Below the pieces are notes generated by a model that saw only the letters and a list, made by a program, of their open reading frames with translations, had not been told where the DNA came from and made no database searches. Shown one piece after another: positions 1 to 7,749 of a DNA stretch of 19,064 nucleotides (position 1 is the first letter of the stretch; the number at the start of each line of letters is the position of its first letter). The DNA comes from Promethearchaeota archaeon. GTDB lineage: Archaea > Asgardarchaeota > Lokiarchaeia > Sigyniarchaeales > SOKP01. The position numbers and the translations under genes are program-made. Location of the stretch: assembly GCA_048941015.1 (NCBI GenBank), contig JBHLNZ010000060.1:1-19064 (forward strand). Reading direction: 5' to 3'.

Positions 1-467
1 CTACGTAAAACTCCAACTACTAAGCCATGTCGTCCTGTACTCTTGGTGCGTTGTCCTCTTACTTTTAATCCTAAATGGTGTCGAACTCCTTTATAACTTT
101 TAATGCGTTTCATTCTATCGATATCTCTTTTTACTGTGATTTCTAACTGGTTTCCAAGGATATGAAGGTTCTCCCCGGTTCTTAAATCTTTTTTCCGATT
201 AACCATCCAGTTTGGAACACCATTTGCAATAGGATTTAAAATAATTTCTTCGAGTCTATTTAGATCTTTTTCTGGGATTGCTCCAATTCTCATATCTGGA
301 TTTACTTCTGCTATTTTAACAATAGCTTGGGATAATCTTTTACCAATTCCTCTTATTTGAGTTAATCCATATTCCACTTTTGCATTTCCATCTACTTGAG
401 ATCTTAACTTCCGGAAGAAAACTTTTTCTCGAAAGTTTTTTGGGCGAACTGGTGATGTTGTACTCAT
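1..467 (-). CDS. rps13: 30S ribosomal protein uS13 (archaeal S13P), 3' end runs off the window
   Basis: Manual translation from ATG at 467: MSTTSPVRPKNFREKVFF...GLTQIRGIGKRLSQAI...PNWMVNRKKDLRTG...KSYKGVRHHLGLKVRGQRTKSTGRHG. The GIG and RHxxGLxVRGQRT motifs are uS13 signatures. Absent from the ORF track because there is no stop in the window. Confidence 0.96.
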   Translation of the reverse strand, partial: MSTTSPVRPKNFREKVFFRKLRSQVDGNAKVEYGLTQIRGIGKRLSQAIVKIAEVNPDMRIGAIPEKDLNRLEEIILNPIANGVPNWMVNRKKDLRTGENLHILGNQLEITVKRDIDRMKRIKSYKGVRHHLGLKVRGQRTKSTGRHGLVVGVLR

Positions 468-579
468 ATTTTAATACAGTTAATTGTTAGATATTATTAT
501 TTTTAATATGAAATTTAATATTAACTTTATGGTTCAGAATTCCAAAATCTTCTTTAAATGATGTTCAATAAAAAAGATT

Positions 580-2076
580 CTAATATTGGGGTATTCTCTT
601 ATTTTCTTTTTGTTTTTGCTCTATATGTTTATAACAATTATTCTTTTTTGAAAGCGCAATTTTCTCTAGCATTGGAAAACCGGGTTTAACATCTTTTATA
701 TCTTTATACTCAATCAAATCATCTTTGATTAAGTTTTCAAACAATTTCTTTCCTTTTAGAGTTCTTACTATTACTGTATTCCAACCAGGAGGTGAACCTG
801 TTGAGCCAAGGGAAATATCCGCAGATTCTGATGTAAGATCAAAACAAACTTCGCAATCTTCTCGCGCTAAGTTTGAAATTTCTTTTACTGGTATTGTAAA
901 TTCTTCACCTGATTTAGTATAGACAAAAAATTTACCTTTATTAATATCTGTTTTTTTTATATCATCAACGTTCACATTCAGTCGATTACAGATTTCTAAA
1001 AAGGATTGATAAGAAAATGATTCCATACAAAATATGCCAATACGATATTTCACTTTATTTAAGGAAGGAATTCCGATGTTATAAACCTGAGACTTTAATA
1101 GTCCTTGCATCATGCAAGGAACTCCTACAATTGCTATATTGGAGCCATTATCATTTAATTCGTTTAATATTCTAAGATTGGGACTATTAACATATTTAGT
1201 TCCTGAAGTAAGCAAGACATCACTTTTATTTTTAAGTAATTTGGGTTCTGGACGCCAAGGAGTTTGGCTCATTGTTGCACCTAAAGCATAATCTATTTGA
1301 TTATTCTCGAACAGATAATGTAAACAAGTACTAGAAATACCTCCATCTTGACAGATTTCAGAGATTTCTTTTATTTTAGTCCGAGCAGAATATACTCCAA
1401 TATAATGGCCAATATTTGAATAATTTTCTATTTCCGAAGAATCTGATTGCAACATATTTAAAATAGTTATTGGTAAATAAGTTCTGGGGCAATGATAATA
1501 ACATAAGCCACATCGAATACATTTATCCTGATCGATTTTTCCAAACCCATTATATACATTTAAACAGTTTACAGGACAAATTCCTGAGCATAAACCGCAC
1601 CCAGAACACACATTTGATTCAAAAATTATACTAACTGGTTCATAAACAGATTTAGTTTCTGAAAGATTTATGTTCTTTGTCTCAATTAGTATATCTTTAA
1701 ACGTTAATATATTTTCCTCTGAATTTTCTTCTTGAATCTTATCATAAACAATCTTAAAAGCTAATAAATTTTCATTCTTTAATAATTCTAATAAGCTAAG
1801 AGTTCTTCTTATATCAATCTCATTTTTTTTTGAGAATTTCTTTAATAAATTAAAGTCTTTTTTGTTTTTGTTATTATTTAAATAGCATAAAAGAGAAGTT
1901 TTAAGTTGTTCTTCATCAAATGTTTTAAAAAATATATTATAATATTGATCTTCATTGTAAATTCCTGCATTTAGAATATCTTCCTTAGCATCTATTAGAA
2001 CTCGAATTCTATATGAATCTAGGGTATCCGCTAAATTTTTCAAAAATTCCCATGAAATATTTGATTCAGAACCCAT
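580..2076 (-). CDS. Coenzyme F420 hydrogenase/dehydrogenase beta-subunit family protein (FrhB/FpoF-like) with 2x[4Fe-4S] ferredoxin domain and ~145-aa N-terminal extension
   Basis: Ferredoxin motifs CSGCGLCSGICP and CIRCGLCYYHCP. FrhB motifs QDGG, GTKY, VGVPC, IGIFCMESF, CEVCFD..SESADIS.GS.GSPPGWNTVIVRT. Stop TAG. Confidence 0.9.
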   Translation of the reverse strand: MGSESNISWEFLKNLADTLDSYRIRVLIDAKEDILNAGIYNEDQYYNIFFKTFDEEQLKTSLLCYLNNNKNKKDFNLLKKFSKKNEIDIRRTLSLLELLKNENLLAFKIVYDKIQEENSEENILTFKDILIETKNINLSETKSVYEPVSIIFESNVCSGCGLCSGICPVNCLNVYNGFGKIDQDKCIRCGLCYYHCPRTYLPITILNMLQSDSSEIENYSNIGHYIGVYSARTKIKEISEICQDGGISSTCLHYLFENNQIDYALGATMSQTPWRPEPKLLKNKSDVLLTSGTKYVNSPNLRILNELNDNGSNIAIVGVPCMMQGLLKSQVYNIGIPSLNKVKYRIGIFCMESFSYQSFLEICNRLNVNVDDIKKTDINKGKFFVYTKSGEEFTIPVKEISNLAREDCEVCFDLTSESADISLGSTGSPPGWNTVIVRTLKGKKLFENLIKDDLIEYKDIKDVKPGFPMLEKIALSKKNNCYKHIEQKQKENKRIPQY

Positions 2077-2137
2077 TATTGAAATTCTTTTATGAATATA
2101 ATATGTTTAAAATTTCCGAAAACTTTTACTAAAAGTT

Positions 2138-2174
2138 AGTCACCTTCTAACTCAATTTTTCTTAGAAAGTTCAT
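2138..2174 (-). promoter_or_regulatory. SECIS element, eukaryote-like (Lokiarchaeal type), in the 3' UTR of vhuD
   Basis: Minus strand reads AUGA-ACUUUCUAA-GAAAAAUUGAG-UUAGAAGGU-GA-CU. AUGA (2174-2171) and GA (2141-2140) form the core around a 9-bp stem (8 Watson-Crick pairs plus 1 G-U) capped by an A-rich loop. A lower stem UCCGAA/UUCGGA (2185-2180 with 2120-2115) is also possible. It sits directly downstream of genes with UGA at Cys positions. Confidence 0.88.
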
Positions 2175-2606
2175 TCAATTTCGGATTAAAATTTTTTTTG
2201 GTAGAGGAGGCAATTTTTGAATTTTTTTAGTGATATCTTCGACAGATTGAATAAATCTATCAACCTCGGCCGCTGCACAAAAGTATTGCTGAATTCTATC
2301 CTCAGAAATGCCCACATGATTAAAAATTTTCTTTAAAAAACGAATATGCTTATTAGTATTCATATTTGCTTTTCCAAAATCGCACTCACCTTCATGGCAA
2401 GATATTACTGCTACACCATCAGCTCCATTTAGAAAAGCGTCCATAATTAAGTGAAATCCAACTCTTCCTGTACATTTAACTTTAATAAGATGAAACTCTG
2501 TGGAGTAAGACTTTCGAGTAGTTCCTGTTAAATCTGCGACCGAATATCCTCATTTCTCACATCCAAAAGCAATTACTGTTCTTTTTATACTTAATTTTTC
2601 TGACAT
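2175..2606 (-). CDS. mvhD: Selenoprotein hydrogenase iron-sulfur delta subunit MvhD/VhuD, 143 aa, Sec19 (UGA at 2552-2550)
   Basis: From ATG 2606 (SD GAGGTG at 2620-2615): MSEKLSIKRTVIAFGCEK-U-GYSVADLTGTTRKSYSTEFHLIKVKCTGRV...GADGVAVISCHEGECDFG. The UGA is the second position of the MvhD N-terminal CxxC motif. The ORF track shows only the 89 aa from an internal Met. Confidence 0.93.
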
Positions 2607-2614
2607 TTTCTTAG

Positions 2615-2620
2615 CACCTC
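2615..2620 (-). promoter_or_regulatory. Shine-Dalgarno site of mvhD/vhuD
   Basis: GAGGTG 8 nt before ATG 2606, within the 21-nt hdrA-vhuD gap. Supports the upstream start and co-transcription. Confidence 0.75.
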
Positions 2621-2627
2621 TTTATGT

Positions 2628-4634
2628 TTAATTTTGAATGGTTCCTTTTGATTTTGTAATTTTTTTTATCTCTGAATCTGGTAACCCAATTCCTTTAAAT
2701 TCCCCTATAAATTGTTTATCTCTATAATAAGTTAATTCAATTGCTCGTGCAGGACAAGAAGTTACGCAAAGTCCGCATCCTTTACATTTAAGATCAGCAA
2801 CTTCTGCAATTCCATCTGATCGAACTTTTATCGCATCGAATTCACAAAGTTTTTCACATCTATGGCATCCCATACAAAGTTCTTCGTTAACTTCAGCAAT
2901 TATTAATTCTTGAGTTAAAATATCATTTGAAAGGAGAGTTGCAGCTTTACTTGCAGCTCCTAAAGCAGAGGATACAGAATATGGAATATTTTTCGGACCA
3001 GTAGCACATCCACATATATAAATTCCATAATCCTTTGTCTCAACAGGTTTTAAGCATCCATGGATTTCTGTTAAAAACCCATTTGGTCCTCTAGTAAGGC
3101 CCATAATTTCAGCAATCTCTAAAGTTCCTTTAGACGGAATCATTCCAGTCGATAGAACGATTAAGTCAAAATTCATACTTGTAACTTGCTCTGATGATAG
3201 TGAGTCAAAGAACAATTTCATTGAACCATCATTGTTTAATTTGATATCTCCTGGTTTGCCTTTTATAAAGTTGATTTTTTGTTCTCTTATTTTTCTATAA
3301 TATTCTTCATTTCCTTTATCCCAAGTTCTAATATCAATATAAAATATGGTGATTTCCATCTCAGGATATTCCTGTTTTAATAATTGAGCATTCTTCAAGG
3401 CAACGTTACAGCAAACGGCAGAACAATATTGATTACCTCTTAAACTACGAGACCCTACGCATTGTATGATTGCAACTTGTTTAGGAATCTTTCCATCTGA
3501 GATTCTATAAACATGACCTCCAGTTGGACCAATTGGACTCAGCATTCTTTCAAGCTCTATTTGGGTAATTACATCCGTGTAAATTCCATATTTAAATTCA
3601 TTAGTTTTCATAATCTGATATTCGTCCCATCCGGTTGCGATAATTATAGCCCCGACTTGTATTTCAATTATCTGTTCTTCTTGATCCATTTCAATAGCTT
3701 CAGCAGGACATATTCTTTCACAATTTTTACAGTCAATGCAAACTGACTTATCAATAACAGCGAATTTAGGAACTGCTTGAGGAAATGGTATATAAATGGC
3801 ATTTCTCTCACCTATTCCCCTGTCAAATTCATTTGGAATTTTAATTGGACATTTAGTTGTGCAAAGTCCGCATCCCGTACACTTTTTTTCGTTTACAAAA
3901 CGAGGATTTTTCCTAATTTTAACCATATAGTTCCCTGTAATACCCTTAAAGTCTATTATTTCGCTGTAAGTTAATAGAGTGATATTTGGATGTTTGTAAG
4001 CATTTACCATGATTGGTGCTAAGACTCATATACCACAGTCATCAGTGGGAAAGATTCTATCTAACTGTGCCATTTTTCCCCCTATTGTAGGTTCTTTTTC
4101 AACTAGATAAACATTGATTCCCTGACCGGCTAAATCTAAAGCTGCATTCATACCCGCAATACCTGCACCAACTACTAAGGCTGCTTTTGTTATAGGAATT
4201 TCTTTTCTAGGTACAGATTCTAATTGTCTAGCTCGATTTATTCCAGCAAGCATAAGTCTTATAGCTTTTTCGGTAGCTTCTTTGATTTTTCCTTGATGAA
4301 CAAAGGAACATTGTTCTCGTAAATTTACCATCTGAAAGTAATAAGGACTTAATCCTGCTTCAACAAGAACAGCTCTATAGGTAGGTTCATGTATCTTTGG
4401 AGTGCATGCGCCGACAACAACTCTGTTTAAGTTTAAATCTAGAATATCGTTCTTTATAATTTGCTGACCAGGATCACTACAAGTGAAACTGTTAATTCGG
4501 GCAACCACTACGTTTGGTAAAGTTTCAACATAATCTTTAACAGTGTCACAATCAATATGTGCACCAATATTAACACCTCATCTACAAATATAAACCCCTA
4601 TCCTTATCTCATCCTTGGTCTGTTTTTCAGACAA
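2628..4634 (-). CDS. hdrA: Selenoprotein heterodisulfide reductase subunit A (HdrA), 668 aa, Sec19 (UGA 4580-4578) and Sec203 (UGA 4028-4026)
   Basis: One frame runs from TTG 4634 (GGGTGG just upstream; alternative GTG 4643) to TAA 2628, broken only by two TGA codons: RIGVYICR-U-GVNIG (HdrA CxCGxNI motif) and DRIFPTDDCGI-U-VLAPIM (HdrA FPTxDCxxC motif). Also GAGIAG FAD motif, CTGCGLCTTKCP, CIDCKNCERICP, CVGSR, YCSAVCC, CMGCHRCEKLC, CKGCGLCVTSCP. Joins track ORFs 4026..4508 and 2628..4010. Confidence 0.95.
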
Positions 4635-4922
4635 TAGATCCACCCTTTTAAAATATCACCATACAAGCCAATTAATTTCTTGATACTATTTTTAAAATTA
4701 TTCAAAAACTTGTTGTTTTAGGAAATATTAAAATTAATTTATTTTTTCTGGTAAAGTTTAATAAATCAAAAAGAGTTTTGGATCATCTAATAAAAATTAA
4801 AAATTGTATGAGAAATTACAGCTTCTCAGTAAATTTTATGATTTTGTGATAATTTTAAGTAAAAATTGCGATTGATTTCGTGTCTAATTAAGTTTTTTTT
4901 GGTAAAATCATTATTAATTATT

Positions 4923-5108
4923 ATGGTTGAGTCAGAGGAAGAGAGAAAAGAAGAATTTGCAAAACAATTTATGCTTGATGAAGGGTTGAAAGGGAAAGCT
5001 ACAAGAATTAAAATTATGAAAATTATCGACTCTGTTGGGTATAACAAAAAAAAGATAAAAACTTCTTTTTTACGTTCCACAATTAATGAAAGGATTCACC
5101 TTGATTGA
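4923..5108 (+). CDS. Small hypothetical protein (61 aa)
   Basis: ATG 4923: MVESEEERKEEFAKQFMLDEGLKGKATRIKIMKIIDSVGYNKKKIKTSFLRSTINERIHLD. Purine-rich and protein-like. The track's upstream extension from 4866 looks non-coding. Ends in TGA. Confidence 0.7.
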   Translation: MVESEEERKEEFAKQFMLDEGLKGKATRIKIMKIIDSVGYNKKKIKTSFLRSTINERIHLD

Positions 5109-5204
5109 GTGATTAAATTATCTTAAAAATTAGTCTATATTTCAAAAATTTATAAAAAAGATTAAAGATTAATAGATTCATTAAAAAACAAGAGGAATTG
5201 TTGA

Positions 5205-6488
5205 GTGCTTGATATTGAATTATTTCGAAGTGATTTAAAAAGAATTATTGAATCAGAAAAAAAAAGATTCAAAGATTCTTCTAATGCCAAAAAAGTAGTT
5301 GAGTTTGATGAAAAATGGAAAGATACACTTAGAACACTCCAAGATTTAAGAAAAGAAAGAAATGATATTTCTAAATTGATGAGTGATTATAAAAGATCTG
5401 GAGAAACGGAAAAATTTGAAAGAACAAAGACAAAATCAAAGGAGATTAAAGATAAAATTGAACAGTTAGAACGTAATGAATCTAATTTTTTAGAACAAAG
5501 AGAAAAGTATCGATATTTAGTAGGAAATATAATAGATGATACAGTTCCAGTAGGAGAAAACGAAGAATTCAATGAAATTTTAAGAACTTTTGGCAAGATC
5601 CCTCGTTTTGATTTTATACCACTTTCTCATGTAGACTTAATAACTAAGATTGGAGGTGCTGATACAAATAAAGCATCTCAAATAGCAGGCTCAAGATTTT
5701 ATTATTTGAAAGGAGATTTAGTTTCACTTAACTTAGCATTAATAAAATTTGCACTTGATAAATTAGTAAGTAAAGGATTCATTCCATTCTGGACTCCTTT
5801 TTTCATTAAGCACGAAATTATAAAAGCTGCTGCCGAACTTGCTGATTTTGAAGATCAACTATATAGGATACAAGATGAGGATCTCTTTATGATTGCGACT
5901 TCAGAACAACCGTTAGCTGCTTATCATTACGATGAAATTATTGATCCTCAATCATTACCTTTAAAATATGCCGGAATTTCATCTTGTTTCAGACGTGAAG
6001 CAGGATCTCATGGAAAAGATACATTAGGAATTTTTCGAGTTCATCAATTTGAGAAAGTAGAACAATTTATCTTTTGTAAACCTGAAGATTCTTGGAAATA
6101 TCATGAAGAACTTATTAAAACAAGTGAAGAAATATATAAAGATCTTCAAATCCCTTATCGCATTGTAAACTTAGCATCGGGAGAATTAAATGATAACGCT
6201 TCAAAAAAGTACGATTTAGAGGCATGGTTTCCTGCTTCTGAAACTTACAGAGAACTTGTTTCTTGCACTAACTGTTTAGATTATCAAGCAAGAAAATTGA
6301 AAATAAGAATGGGAAAAGTTGGTTCCCAAGAAGAAAAAAGAATTTTACATACACTGAATGCAACTGCAATCGCAACTGAAAGAACTATCTGTTGTATTTT
6401 AGAGAATTATCAAAATAAAGACCATACTGTTAATGTTCCTAAAGTACTTCAAAAATATATGAATGGAAAAAAATTATTAAATCAATAA
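5205..6488 (+). CDS. serS: Serine--tRNA ligase (standard, non-methanogen type)
   Basis: MLDIELFR start, N-terminal coiled-coil arm, ATSEQPL, FRREAG..G.DTLGIFRVHQFEKVEQF (motif 2), KKYDLEAWFP, ELVSCTNC.DYQAR, HTLNATA.ATERT (motif 3). GTG start after GAGG. Confidence 0.98.
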   Translation: MLDIELFRSDLKRIIESEKKRFKDSSNAKKVVEFDEKWKDTLRTLQDLRKERNDISKLMSDYKRSGETEKFERTKTKSKEIKDKIEQLERNESNFLEQREKYRYLVGNIIDDTVPVGENEEFNEILRTFGKIPRFDFIPLSHVDLITKIGGADTNKASQIAGSRFYYLKGDLVSLNLALIKFALDKLVSKGFIPFWTPFFIKHEIIKAAAELADFEDQLYRIQDEDLFMIATSEQPLAAYHYDEIIDPQSLPLKYAGISSCFRREAGSHGKDTLGIFRVHQFEKVEQFIFCKPEDSWKYHEELIKTSEEIYKDLQIPYRIVNLASGELNDNASKKYDLEAWFPASETYRELVSCTNCLDYQARKLKIRMGKVGSQEEKRILHTLNATAIATERTICCILENYQNKDHTVNVPKVLQKYMNGKKLLNQ

Positions 6489-6507
6489 GTATAACTTATG
6501 ATAGGAA

Positions 6508-7740
6508 ATGATTGAAGTAGAATTAAACGAATTAGAAGAGTTTTATAAAGAGAAACTTAACTCTCAATTCACTAAAATTAAAAAAGTAGTAAATAAGTTA
6601 ATTTTAAATATTAGAGAGAGTTTAATTGAAATTAAGGTTTGTATGGACGATTTTATAAAGGTTGGGGAAGAGAAAATAGATGAGAAATCTTTACGTTCAT
6701 TACATTTCTTTTCCGATAGAATAAGAAAAGAAATAGATGAGATCAAAATTCCCGAAGAAGAGATTAATTATGACAATATTAATACTCTATTAAACTCTAT
6801 AAAAAGATTATTTACTAGTATAAATGAGATTGCTCGAAAATCGTTACCAAAATTTCATAAGGAAGTACAACCACAAATTAAAACTCTTAATTATATAACC
6901 CGCAAACTTGGAAAGAATCAGAAAATTTTAGATGATTTTTTAAGGAAAAAGTACACTGAACTTAGAGAAGCAGAAAACTTATTAAAGAGATTACCTAAAT
7001 TTTTTTCTCTGAAAGAAAATATAGAAAAATCTAAAACGGATCTAGATAATTTTGAAAAAGAATTAAAAGAACGAAAAGATATACAAGAAGAGTTAAATAG
7101 AAAGCTAATTAATTTAGAGAAAGATGATTTATTCAAGGAGTTAGAACAAAAAAAAGATGATTTATTCAGATTACGCATAAAAATTAATGATCAATTGGGT
7201 TTCAAGAAAGCATTAAAAAAACTAAAATTTGAATTAGAGAAAGGAACATTTCATATTTCTAATATAGATTTAAATTATTTAAGAGAATTCTTAAAAAATT
7301 CAATAAGTATCTTAAGTAATGAAAAAAGCGATTTACCACAATTTTCTGCCTTGCTAGTTCAATTAAGACATGTTCTAGAGGAAAACAAATTAAATCTTAA
7401 ATCCGAGACAAAAGATAAAACAATAGAACAAATAAACACTATTTTTAACCAGAAAAGCTTTTTTGACGACATTACAAATCTTAAGAATATAGAATCTGAA
7501 ATTGAAGAAATTCAAGATAAGATAAAACAAAAAGGTTTAGCGATACAGTTAGACGAATTAAAAAGTGAAATCTCATCCAATACTGTAAAATTAGAACATC
7601 TTCAAAATGATGTGGAAAGAAAAAATAAAGATTATTTACGTTATTTAGCTAATTTAAAAGAAGAAAGAGAAGAATTCCAAAAATCGGTTTTTGATATTAT
7701 AAAAGAAGAAATTAAGCTCAATATTACGTTTTCTTTTTAA
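6508..7740 (+). CDS. Hypothetical coiled-coil-rich protein
   Basis: 410-aa ORF 19 nt after serS. K/E/L-rich heptad segments, no Walker motif or transmembrane segment seen. Confidence 0.8.
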   Translation: MIEVELNELEEFYKEKLNSQFTKIKKVVNKLILNIRESLIEIKVCMDDFIKVGEEKIDEKSLRSLHFFSDRIRKEIDEIKIPEEEINYDNINTLLNSIKRLFTSINEIARKSLPKFHKEVQPQIKTLNYITRKLGKNQKILDDFLRKKYTELREAENLLKRLPKFFSLKENIEKSKTDLDNFEKELKERKDIQEELNRKLINLEKDDLFKELEQKKDDLFRLRIKINDQLGFKKALKKLKFELEKGTFHISNIDLNYLREFLKNSISILSNEKSDLPQFSALLVQLRHVLEENKLNLKSETKDKTIEQINTIFNQKSFFDDITNLKNIESEIEEIQDKIKQKGLAIQLDELKSEISSNTVKLEHLQNDVERKNKDYLRYLANLKEEREEFQKSVFDIIKEEIKLNITFSF

Positions 7741-7749
7741 CTAAAAATT

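Noticed and set aside
2175-4634. hdrA and mvhD as pseudogenes or split genes
   Set aside because: All three interruptions are TGA, all at conserved Cys positions, with no frameshifts and a SECIS-like hairpin downstream.
4766-4786. Minus-strand ATGA-TCCAAAACTCTTTTT-GA upstream of hdrA as a 5' SECIS
   Set aside because: The stem is too short and there is no A-rich apical loop.
4826-5080. 84-aa minus-strand ORF
   Set aside because: Antisense shadow of the 61-aa plus-strand gene, with F/I/S-rich antisense composition.
6508-7740. SMC/Rad50/SbcC call for the coiled-coil protein
   Set aside because: No Walker A/B, signature motif or CxxC zinc hook.
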